Of a DNA stretch of 64,000 nt, positions 48,329 to 59,575 are shown one piece after another; the first letter of the stretch is position 1, and the number at the start of each line of letters is the position of its first letter. Made by a program: the position numbers and the translations under genes. This DNA is from Octopus sinensis. Its lineage: Eukaryota. The stretch spans positions 30,008,001 to 30,072,000 of the forward strand of contig NC_043001.1 in assembly GCF_006345805.1 (NCBI RefSeq), written 5' to 3'. Under the pieces are notes generated by a model. It made no database searches and was not told the DNA's origin. It saw only the letters and a program-made list of their open reading frames with translations.

Positions 48329-48378
48329 CAAAATCTGTTACTCTGAGTTTCTCGTTGCCGTTCATCAGACAGTTTTTG
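48329..48378 (-). ncRNA. type I hammerhead-like motif, antisense arm of the palindrome
   Basis: CAAAAACTGT-CTGATGA-A CG gcaa CG A-GAAAC-TCAGA-GTA-ACAGATTTTG; stem I 9/10 bp. Confidence 0.6.
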
Positions 48379-48808
48379 CTAGAATGGAACTTATATATCA
48401 ATTCAATCTATACTCTTACAAACGCTACACCTTTAAAAAGAAATGGACTTGTTTGATTGGCCCTTTAGAAAAAACGGTCAATCTTCGAGCGATAAACAAA
48501 AAGGTCAAAAATATATGTATATATATATAAAAAAACTTATAAAAATTATAAAATCCGAGGAAAAAACCGAGGGAAAAAACCTATTGCCGTTAATGAAGAC
48601 AGGCAATAGGTTTTTTCCCTCGGTTTTTTCCTCGGATTTTATAATTTTTATAAGTTTTTTTATATATATACATATATTTTTGACCTTTTTGTTTATCGCT
48701 CGAAGATTGACCGTTTTTTCTAAAGGGCCAATCAAACAAGTCCATTTCTTTTTAAGGTGTAGCGTTTGTAAGAGTATAGATTGAATTGATATATAAGTTC
48801 CATTCTAG

Positions 48809-48858
48809 CAAAAACTGTCTGATGAACGGCAACAAGAAACTCAGAGTAACAGATTTTG
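48809..48858 (+). ncRNA. type I hammerhead-like motif, sense arm (stem II weakened)
   Basis: Same motif but stem II reads A CG gcaa CA A; predicted cut after A48848. Confidence 0.55.
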
Positions 48859-48953
48859 TTGAATTTTCTGCTGCTTAAAATAAAGCATATTACTCTACCA
48901 CTGGTATTTGAGTACTCTTTTTTCCACCTTGTTTCACATTTATGTGTTTACTC

Positions 48954-48992
<39 letters not shown>

Positions 48993-49002
48993 CTTTTACT
49001 AG

Positions 49003-49067
49003 GTCTCTCTCTTGGATCTGCTTCCTTTCCTGTCTGTTTCACCTGAGCCACACAACTCTCGACTAAG
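49003..49067 (+). CDS. PRKDC: DNA-PKcs exon 23 (0-2)
   Basis: tactag|GTC...AG|gtatag; VSLLDLLPFLSVSPEPHNSRL(R); supplies the needed phase. Confidence 0.82.
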
Positions 49068-50589
49068 GTATAGTTCTCTTTTTTTATCATCAATACTAAC
49101 CTCACATTGTTATATGCTTTTCTTTGTTTGAAACCATATAGACTTTCCACTGGTGATAGTCGTGGCAAAATGCAAGACACACGAAGAAACAATATTTTTT
49201 TAGTGCCTCTTTTGACAGCAATAAACACATGCACTGGTTCTATTTCACTTCATTTATTTTTATTTAGTCATCTAAATCGGCAAGTTGGCTGAATCGTTAG
49301 TACATCGGACACAATGCACAGCAGAATTTCTTTCAACACTTAATCTTCTGAGATCAAATCCTACTGGGTTTGACTGTGTCTTTCAACATCTCAAAGTTGA
49401 TAAAATATCACTTGAGCACTGGAGTTGATGTAATTTACTTAACCCCTCCCACTAAAATTGTTGACCATGTGCTAAAATTTGAAACCATTATTATTAGTCA
49501 ACAGTGGAGGCGCAATGGCCCAGTGGTTAGGGCAGCAGACTCGTGGTCAGAGGATCGCGGTTTCAATTCCCAGACCAGGCGTTGTGTGTGTTTATTGAGC
49601 GAAAACATCTAAAGCTCCATGAGGCTCCGGCAGGGGGTGGTGGCGACCCTTGTTGTACTCTTTCACCCCAACTTTCTCTCACTCTTTCTTCCTGTTTCTT
49701 GAGTAACGCTGCGATGGACTGGCGCCCCGTCCAGCTGGGGGGAACACATACGCCATAGAAACCGGGAAACCAGGCCCATGAGCCTGGCTAGGCTTGAAAA
49801 GGGCACATAAATAAAAAACAAATAAAATTATTAGTCAACTAGTTTACCATTTCACCAATTAACTAATCAATTGTTTGATTAGCAGTTTTGATCAGATGTA
49901 AACATTAGAAATCACAGTCTCAAAATTTATGGTTTCTATAATCTTTTATTCCTATAAATAATTTATAGCATCGCCATCGTTACCAGCATCGCCCTACTGG
50001 CAATTGTGCTGGTGGCCCAAGAAAAAATTTGAACAAAAACAAAGCAAAAAAAAAAACCAAATATAATTAACTTCATAGTTGCTTTTTACTACTCAAATTA
50101 GGTGGAATGTTGTATACATATATAAAAAATAGATAAATGCAAGATCATCATCATCGTCATCGTTTAACGTTTGCTTTCCATGCTAGCATGGGTTGGACGA
50201 TTTGACTGAGGACTGGCGAGCCAGGTGGCTGCACCAGGCTCCAATCTTGATCTAGCAGAGTTTCTACAGCTGGATGCCCTTCCTAACGCTAACCACTCTG
50301 GCATGAGGGCCAGTCAGGCGGTACTGGCAACGGCCACACCCAAATGGTGTTTTTTTTTGTTTTTTTTTATATGCCACCTACACACTGGCACAAGTGCCAG
50401 TAAGGCAATGTATATAAAAATATGTTTATGTATTTGTTTTGCCAGATTCCTGATGTGGAATCATATGTTGAAACATATATTGTTATATTTCAGGATGGTT
50501 TTTTTCCCCCCTCCCCACAAATAAACACAAGCACTAGATTCTTGTTCATCGCTTTTGATTTATTCTTATTCTTACTTAAGTGTCCTTTA

Positions 50590-50707
50590 TCTGAAATCTT
50601 TCATCGCACATCTTGTGACCTCTTCAGTGACTCTCCATTCCATGTGTCTTCTCCTGTTCTGGAGAGTCACTGAAAAGGTTGAAGGATGTGTGATGAAAGA
50701 TTTCAGA
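50590..50707. repeat. 48-bp inverted repeat pair with hammerhead-like arms
   Basis: 50590..50637 vs 50660..50707 (42/48). Minus arm CTGAAGA-GGTCACAAGATGTGCGAT-GAAAGATTTC; plus arm CTGAAAA-GGTTGAAGGATGTGTGAT-GAAAGATTTC. Confidence 0.7.
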
Positions 50708-50887
50708 ACATTAAAATGAGAACAATAATAAAGTTGAAATGAAGAACAATTTATGCAGTACATGAGGCTGTCTGGTAAAAAAAACAAAAATAAGCAGCCC
50801 AGAATATAACAATATAAAAAATATTATAAGAATTATGAAAAATTCAAGCAAATTTTATGAGCTAAATGTATGACTTTTTTTTTTCAG

Positions 50888-50969
50888 AACCAATTTAAAG
50901 AAATTTTTAATGGATAAATCTCAACCAGGAACTCTTCTCTATGATACCTATATCAGTTTGCTAGACAAG
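50888..50969 (+). CDS. PRKDC: DNA-PKcs exon 24 (2-0)
   Basis: tttcag|A...AAG|gtttgt; TNLKKFLMDKSQPGTLLYDTYISLLDK. Confidence 0.85.
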
Positions 50970-51399
50970 GTTTGTTATCACTCCTAATACCTCTTGATAT
51001 TACACTGGGCTTACAGCAGCAATCTAACAGAATTATAAACATGCTGGGCAAAATGCTTAGCAGCATTTTTGTCCATCTTTATGTTCTGAGTTCAAATGCT
51101 GCCAGGGTTGTCTTCGCTTTTCATCTTTTTAGTGTCAATAAAATTAGTACCAGTTGAAGACTGGGTTTGATCTAATTGACTTACACCCTCCCCCAAAATT
51201 GCTGGCCTTGTGCCAGAATTTGAAACCAATCCCTATTATTCTATCATTATTAATCTGCTTCATTTATCGTCCACTTTTATCATCAGTGTTTGGGTGGTCT
51301 TCATTACAAAATTGTTGAAAGCATTTTATTTTGTATTTGGGAAGTAAATTCCTGCTTTTGGAAATAGGAATCAGAACATTTAGGAATGTTACATTAGAT

Positions 51400-52477
51400 C
51401 AGTGGTTTTCAACTAGGGTTTCGTGGAACCTTAGGGTTCCGCCAGTACAGTCCAGGGGTTCCGCAAGAAGTTACAAAACTGCTAATATCGGCAGTAATTT
51501 TTAATTTTCCTGTGCAGATATGTGTGCATCATCATCATCATCATCATTTAGCGTCCGTTTTCCATGCTAGCATGGGTTGGACGGTTCAACTGGGGTCTGG
51601 GGAGCCCGAAGGCTGCACCAGGCCAGTCAGATCTGGCAGTGTTTCTACAGCTGGATGCCCTTCCTAACGCCAACCACTCCGAGAGTGTAGTGGGTGATTT
51701 TTGTGCCACCGACACAGGTGCCAGACGAGGCTGGCGAACGGCCACGCTCGGATGGTGTTTTTATGTGCCACCGACACAGGTGCAGACGAGGCTGGCAGAC
51801 GGCCACGCTCGGATGGTGTTTTTATGTGCCACGACACAGGTGCCAGATGAGGCTGGCAGGTGCCAGCGAGGCTGGCAGACGGCCACGCTCGGATGGTGTT
51901 TTTATGTGCCACCGACACAGGTGCCAGATGAGGCTGGCGGACGGCCACGATCGGATGGTGTTTGTTACGTCCCCAAAGCACGGAGGCCAGTCTATGCGGT
52001 ACTGGCTACGGCCACTTCGGATGATTTTTTGTGTGCCACCGGCACTGGTACCACAAGATACAAATTCCATTTATGCTATCTTATTTTGATTTGTTTTGAT
52101 TTGATTTGATTTGATTTGATTTTCACTTCCTCAACAGGTCTTCACAAGTGTCACTTGCCTCAACAGGTCTTCAAGTGTCACAAGAAGGAAGGTATGCACA
52201 GGTGGACTGTCTACGTCGCCGGGTCTTCGGATGGTGTCTTTATGTGCCACCGACAGGTGCCAGATGTGGCTGGCGAACGGCCACGATCGGATGGTTTTCT
52301 TGTGTTGCCACCGGTACTGGAACCACAAAGATACAACTTCCATTGATGTCATCTATTTTGATTTGGTTTGATTTGATTTGATTTGCATAAGACTATTAAA
52401 TTATTGCACAGGGGTTCCTTGAGCCAGTGGAATGTTTCCTTGGGGTTCCGCTCCAGCAAAAAGTTTGAAAAGCACTG
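51400..52477. mobile_element. non-autonomous hAT element carrying a nested RTE-derived insertion (51528..52383)
   Basis: TIRs CAGTGGTTTTCAA / TTGAAAAGCACTG; 8-bp TSD CATTAGAT / CATTAGAC. The insert contains ~60-bp tandem units and (GATTT)n. Confidence 0.85.
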
Positions 52478-53640
52478 CATTAGACGGATTTCAGTATTAC
52501 ATATTCTAAAATTAAATACGATACATAAAAGTCTTCCTCAAGAGCAACATACAAATTTGTATTTCACTGTTTTAGGGGTTGTCACAGCTGAAGCCTATTA
52601 TCCAAAGGGTTTGATGGTTTGCATCCCATCATTTGTTCTGTGCTGTGTTACCAGAAGACTTAAATATCCTCTGACTTGGTTAACACAGCTTTCAATTTTG
52701 AATCCAAATCCACCCATTGGTTGAGTTTAGAATGAATTGTATTCTACTAGGCTGACAACCTTTAGAAACATTACATGAGAGCAGGGTTCAGTAATTCCCA
52801 ACAGCTCAATTAGGGAACATCCTAGACATCTTTAATTTCAGTTTTACCTTAAAATTATGAAAATGCTACAACTTTTACTTTTTTACTTGCTTCAGTCATT
52901 TGACTGTGACTATGCTGGAGTACCGCCTTTAGTCAAGCAAATCGACCCCAGGACTTATTCTTTGTAAGCCTAGTACTTATTCTATCGGTCTCTTTTGCCG
53001 AACTGCTAAGTTATGGGGATGTAAACACACCAGCATCGGTTGTCAAGCGATGTTGGGGGGAGGGACAAACAGGACACACAAACATATACACACACATATA
53101 TATATATACACATATATACGACAGGCTTCTTTCAGTTTCCATCTACCAAATCGACTCACAAGGCTTTGATCAGCCCGAGGCTATAGTGGAAGACACTTGC
53201 CCAAGGTGCCATGCAGTGGGACTGAACCCAGAACCATGTGGTTGGTAAAGAAGCTACTTACCACACAGCTACTCCTGCGCCTTTACAGAAGTTTGACTTC
53301 TAAACTTATCCACAAAGGAAAAAATAAAGCATTCAGTTAGTAAATGATTGTTAACTCTTAAGCCCTATAATACAAGTAAGCACCAAGTTCTGAGTCACAC
53401 AACCACAATTCAAACAGTGTTGTTGTTAGGGGCTGAAAAACAAAAATTCAAAATTCAAGAGTTTAGGGAAGTAGATTTGTATGAAAAAAAATATATAGTT
53501 TATAAGGAATATTTTTTCATCTGAAGGAATATTTTTTCATCTACAGCAATTTTATTTTATTTCTTTTGTCGAAATTTTCAATTTCTAACCTTGCAAAATT
53601 TGTGCTGAAACTGTTGGTAGCTTGATATTATTATTTTCAG

Positions 53641-53768
53641 ATTTTATTTGCATTGAAAAAAAGTAAAAGTAAAATGTTGCTTGAACTTGTAATTGAAATT
53701 TACTGTCAAGAAGAGAAACACTGCCATGAAAAAGATATTCATAACTGTTTAGAGACTTTCATCAAAAG
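53641..53768 (+). CDS. PRKDC: DNA-PKcs exon 25 (0-2)
   Basis: tttcag|ATT...AG|gtaaat; ILFALKKSKSKMLLELVIEIYCQEEKHCHEKDIHNCLETFIK(R). Confidence 0.92.
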
Positions 53769-54199
53769 GTAAATATAATCTACATTTGTGACAATTTTGA
53801 TTACCTTGTGTAATCATCATCATTATCATCATCATCATCGTTTAACGTCCACTTTCCATGCTAGCATGGGTTAGACGATTTGACTGAGGGCTGGCGAACC
53901 AGATGGCTGCACCAGGCTTCAATCTTGATCTGGCAGAGTTTCTACAGCTGGATGCCCTTCCTAACGCCAACCACTCTGAGAGTGTAGTGGGTGCTTTTAC
54001 CTACCCACCGACACGGGGCCAGTCAGGTGCCAGTAAGGTGATGCTGGTAACGATCACGCTCGAATGGTGTCTTTTACGTGCCACTGGCACGGAGGCCAGA
54101 TAGTCGCTCTGGCAATGATCATGCTTGGATGGTGCTCTTAACACCCCTACTAGCATGGGGCTTTACTCAGTCACCTAATTTAACGTAACCACCTGGTCC

Positions 54200-54480
54200 T
54201 TGCATGCCTTTGAGAGAGTCCATTCTGTTGCATGCATTCACATTTGATCCCTGATGTGAGAAAGCCTTCCTTTTTCCTCTCTCCGGTCTTTGATGCCTTG
54301 AAAATGGTTATGGGCACTGTTCAAATACTGGGAGAGAGAGAAAGAGAGAGAGATTTTGAACCAGAGTAATGAGAAGTCATTATTGCTAAAATCCAGGTGA
54401 GAAAAGTGAGTAACAGGATAAGTGGAGCCAACATATGCACAAACACCACCTTTTACAGTTAATTTGCTTTCATTAATCAA
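54200..54480 (-). pseudogene. degraded LINE endonuclease fragment
   Basis: KGGVCAYV...LLWFKISL followed by a frameshifted GD.NV..EW-like stretch. Confidence 0.45.
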
Positions 54481-56082
54481 AATGTACAAATATATACCTC
54501 TATGAATCCTGGTTGATTCTACATTAAGTTGGATTTAAAATTACTGGTAAAATTACTGTATTTTCTGGCATGCAAATTGAATCTTTCAGACCAAAATTTA
54601 TGACCAAAAAAGGTAGTCAATTTATATACCAAGAATTCTTTGGAGAACCAAAAATTTCATGTGAAATGCAGCAGGATTTGGAAAGATAGTGACAATGTTT
54701 GTATGCTTACATTATATATAGGCTGTGTGGTAAGTAGCTTGCTTACCAACTGCATGGTTCCGGGTTCAGTCCCACTGCGTGGCATCTTGGGCAAGTGTCT
54801 TCTACTATAGCTTTGGGCCGACCAAAGCCTTGTGAGTGGATTTGGTAGGTGGAAACTGAAAGAAGCCCGTCGTATATATGTATGTATATATGTGTATGTA
54901 TATGTGTGTGTATGTTTGTGTGTCTGTGTTTGTCCGACCAACACCACTTGACAACCGATGCTGGTGTGTTTATGTCCCCGTAACTTAGCGGTTCAGTAAA
55001 AGTGACCGATAGAATAAGTCCTGGGGTCGATATGATCGACTAAAGGCGGTGCTCCAGCATGGCCGCAATCAAATGACTGAAACAAGTAAAAGAGTAAGAG
55101 TAATACATCAGCTTGTAAGCCAGAAATGTCAGTATTGTTCTTGAGTCTTCTCTCTAGTTAGCTGTTGAAACACTGATATACAATTCACAGGTGTTGTATG
55201 ACTTAAATCATCTACATTTGTATACATTTTAAATGTTTGACCAGCTAATTCTTGAACATCTAGAACATGGTAATGTTTCTTTAAGTCATCCTGCACCACT
55301 CTGCTCTTTCATTTTGTATCACAAAAATTTTCGTCTATTTGGTTGTCAGATTAATATTGCAGGTACTAAATTTATTTTCTAGTTTCATCTCATTTACAGT
55401 TAAGTTAGGACTTATGCGCGCACACACACACACACACCACACACACACACATGGCTTCTAAGAGCCATACAAGCAATGTACAGAGGGAGGGGATTATCAG
55501 TAAGGTGAGAATTAGTTGCAACAAATTCAGTGTGCAAGTAGGAGTTCACCAGGACTCAGTTCTCAGTCCCCTTCTATTCATCATAGTCAGCCAGGCTATA
55601 ACAGAGTAATTTTAGACCAGTTGGGGAGAACACATACGCCACAGAAACCGGGAAACCGGGCCCATGAGCCTGGCTAGGCTTGAAAAGGGCGACATTTTAT
55701 TGTATGTATATGTATGTATCATCATCATCATCATCATTTAACATGTTTTCCATGCTGGCATGGGTTGGGCAGTTTGACAGGAGCTGGCCAGTCAGAAGAC
55801 TGCACCAGACTTCTGTGTCTGATTTAGCGTGGTTTTTACAGCTGGATGCCCTTCAAAATGCCAACCACTTTACAGAGTGGATTGGGGGCTTTTTATATAA
55901 CACCAACAGGTTAAATGAAACTTTTAGAGGTAGTGCTGCATAGAAGGATACCCTTCCTGGCACAAACCCTTTTAGTTGCCTCTTACAATATGCAGGCATA
56001 TGGTATATGCATGCTAAAATCCTTACAAGTTAATTTCAAAATTCAAAATTAAAATCCTATCAATATTTTTTTCCTATTTCAG

Positions 56083-56290
56083 GGTTTCTTTGCTTGATCA
56101 AAAGTCATATGTTCAAATACCATTTGATTTGTTCCTGAAGACTCAGAGTTGTACCAACAATTTCCGTAAATTCGTTATCAAGAAGGTCTGCTTACCCTTT
56201 CTAAGAAATATGTCGAAAATTCCATTTGTTGAATTTCTTAAATCAAATATTCCTGCCATTGTGAACATTGTTGAAGCTGAAATGTCACAA
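56083..56290 (+). CDS. PRKDC: DNA-PKcs exon 26 (2-0)
   Basis: tttcag|G...CAA|gtaagt; VSLLDQKSYVQIPFDLFLKTQSCTNNFRKFVIKKVCLPFLRNMSKIPFVEFLKSNIPAIVNIVEAEMSQ. Confidence 0.9.
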
Positions 56291-58768
56291 GTAAGTTCCT
56301 TTTATTAATATTTAAAAGTTAAACGTTTTAACTTTTAACATTTTAACTCCTAGGCGTAGTAGTGGCTGTGTGGTAAGTAACTTGCTTACCAACCACATGG
56401 TTCCGGGTTCAGTCCCACTGCGTGGCACCTTGGGCAAGTGTCTTCTACTATAGCCTCGGACTGACCAAAGTTTTGTGAGTGGATTTGGTAGACGGAAACT
56501 GAAAGAAGCCCATCGTATAGATGTATGTATATATATATATGTGTGTGTGTGTGTGTATATGTTTGTGTGTCTGTGTTTGTCCCCCCAACATCGCTTGACA
56601 ACCAATGCTGGTGTGTTTTTGTCCCCCGTAACTTAGTGGTTCGGCAAAAGAGACCGATAGAATAAGTACTAGGCTTACAAAGAATAAGTCCTGGGGTCAA
56701 TTTGCTCGACTAAAGGTGGTGCTCCAGCACGGCCACAGTCAAATGACTGAAAGAAATTAAAAGAATATATATATGTGTGTGTGTGTATGTTTGTGTGTCT
56801 GTGTTTGTCCCCACCAGCTGGTGTGTTTACGTCCCCCGTAACTTAGTGGTTCGGCAAAAGAGACCAATAGAATAAGTACTAGGCTTACAAAGAATAAGTC
56901 CTGGGGTCAATTTGCTCGACTAAAGGCGGTGCTCCAGCATGGCCACAGTCGAATGACTGAAACAAGTAAAAGAGATTTTACAGGCATAAGTATGGCTGTG
57001 TGATTAAGAAACTTGCTTTTCAAACACATGGTTTCAGGGTTCAGTTCTACCGTATGGCAAGTGTCTTCTACAATAGCATGGGCCAAATAAAGTAATCCAA
57101 TTTAGCAAATAATTGCTTAATGAGTCAAAAACAAAATTCTTTCATCTTTTACTATATACTGTAACTTCAGATGTTGATGTAGAATAAGATGCTTGCTTTC
57201 CAACCTCATGGCACCTTGGGCAAGAGTCTTCTATAACCCTGAGCTGACCTGGGCCTTGTGAGTAGATTTGTTTGATGGAAACTGAAAGAAGCCCATCAAA
57301 TATGTGGGGGTGGGTTCTTTGTTTGTGTTTTCCCACCACCACCACTTGACAACCAGGCATTTTGTCTGTTTGTTTACATCCCTGTAACGTAATGGTTCAG
57401 CAAAAGAGACTGATAGAATAAGTACCAGGCTTTAACTGCAGTTGATTCATTCGACTGAAACCCTTCAAAGTGGTGCCCCAGCATGAACACAATCCAGTAA
57501 CTGAAACAAGTAAAAGATAAAAGATAAAGGATTCATTTTAGTTTTTAACATTCAGATTATTCTGTGAAAGTTAATACTTATTAATTCCCATTGTTTTGAA
57601 TTAATCAAACATTATCTCGTAACTTTGAGATTTCAATGATGTCATAGTATATTCTTAGAATAATATTGTAAGGCAGATGTAAGAGGCCAGATTTTGACAG
57701 GTTGACTATAGAACAGGTAGAATATTTGGAGCCAGATATGGCCTGTTTAAATACTAAAGGGTTAAAACTGAGTGTCACATCTATATTGGGGTCAGTGTAT
57801 GCCAGCCTCGCCTTGCACCTGTGCCGGTGGCACGTAAAAAGCACCCACTACACTCACGGAGTGGTTGGCGTTAGGAAGGGCATCCAGCTGTAGAAACATT
57901 GCCAGATCAGACTGGGCCTGGTGCAACCTCCTGGCTTCTCAGACCCCGGTCAAACCGTCAACCCATGCTAGCATGGAAAGTGGGCATTAAACGATGATGA
58001 TGATGATATGACCCACTCCTTCCAGTGAGTGATTTTGTACCTTTCTTATAAATTACTATTAAGTCAAATAGAAAGGCAGTGAGCTGGTAGAATCATAAGA
58101 GTATCAGACAAAATGGTATTTCTGACAATTTTTTTTACATTATGAGTCCAAGTTCTGCTGCGGTGGAATTTGCCTTTCATTTTTTCAAGGTCAGTAAAAT
58201 AAAATACCAATCAAGTGTTGGGATCAATAGAACTAATTGGCCCTCTCTTCTCAAACTTGCTGGCATTGTGCACAAAAAGAAGTATTAAATCAAATCATCA
58301 TCATCATCATCATTTAACGTCCGTTTTCCATGCTAGCATGGGTTGGACGGTTCGACCGGAGTCTGCACCAGGCTCCAGTCTGATCTGGCAGTGTTTCTAC
58401 AACTGGATGCCCTTCCTAACGCCAGCCACTTCGTGAGTGTAGTGGGTGCTTTTTACGTGCCAGGGGAGGTTGGCAACGGCCATGATTGGTTGGTGCTTTT
58501 TACATGCCACCGGCACGGAAGCCAGTCATGGTGGCGCTGGCATCAGCCACATACGGATGGTGCTTTTTTAGGTGCCACCGGCACAGGTGCCAGGGCAGGC
58601 TGGCAACGGCCATAGAATTAAAAAAAAAGATAAGGACAATTAGGGTACAGCTGAGTACACAATTTATTGTAGGGTGTACTCCCTCCCCTTACCCCATCTT
58701 CTGCTTCTTAATCCCTTGCCCTCCTTTTTGTTTTTCTCTGTTTCCTTGTAATCAAATTGTGTTACGTT

Positions 58769-59225
58769 TGTAGTGACACTATTTTTGGAAGTTTTCAGCA
58801 TGCATGCGCAGAGTTAGATTACTTCCGGTAGGCTGCCAGAAGTTCCCTCATGTGCATGCACAGAGAACTGCAAACTGAAAGCGTTCCTGCTAAATCTGTC
58901 TTTTTGAATCAGCAACCCTACTGAGTGGACGTGACCAACCTTCTTTCAGGGAAAACCCTACATATAGAGAAGCTCTCTTCTAAGCAGGAACGGAGACGGT
59001 AATTTTGGCTCACGCAAGTGAACATTTATGAACAGTCTTGTGGACTTGGCTACCGGTTCGCCCTTAAGGAAAATATATATGTGCATATATATTTTTTTTG
59101 CAAAACCCGAAAAAAATAAAGTATTATTTATTGCTATTGAAGACAGTCGGATTTTGGTTCTCCCTTCAACAATTGTATGTGACAAGACACCCCTCAAGTG
59201 TTCCTGAGACCTTCATCTTGTTACA
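58769..59225 (+). mobile_element. solo LTR, probably Ty3/Gypsy
   Basis: TGTA...TACA termini, perfect 4-bp TSD CGTT (58765..58768 and 59226..59229), AATAAA at 59115, CpG-richer than the flanks. Confidence 0.68.
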
Positions 59226-59384
59226 CGTTCATATGTAAATTTTAGAAAAACTGTGTGTTGTTGACTCTGCATTGTAACTTCTTATAGAACTTTAAAGTTA
59301 TACATCAAATTCAGATTTAGTATAATGCAAAATGCATCATCATCTAAACTGTTTTTTCTGTATGAAACCCTCTATGTATTTCAG

Positions 59385-59575
59385 TTGCCAGACCTTATGG
59401 AACAGCATTTGACTGACAAAATGTGTTGCTTTCAAATTTTGGAAGTTATGTACAGAAGTATGGATGTGAAAGAACTGAATGGCCCAGGCTCTGAAATAAA
59501 CTCCGTCTACTGCAAAGCACGAAATATTGAAGCACAAATGATTGTTGGTAAAGAATTAACCAAAGTCATTACAAG
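59385..59575 (+). CDS. PRKDC: DNA-PKcs exon 27 (0-2)
   Basis: tttcag|TTG...AG|gtaaa; LPDLMEQHLTDKMCCFQILEVMYRSMDVKELNGPGSEINSVYCKARNIEAQMIVGKELTKVIT(R). Confidence 0.93.

Larger units (their letters stand above)
48302..48885. repeat. near-perfect 584-bp palindrome (arms 287 and 284 bp, 13-nt loop)
   Basis: 48302..48588 vs 48602..48885 differ by 1 substitution, one 1-nt indel and one TA indel. Confidence 0.96.

Noticed and set aside
48443-48784. Mirror-image ORFs on both strands
   Set aside because: A by-product of the palindrome; the translations are AT-rich and low-complexity.
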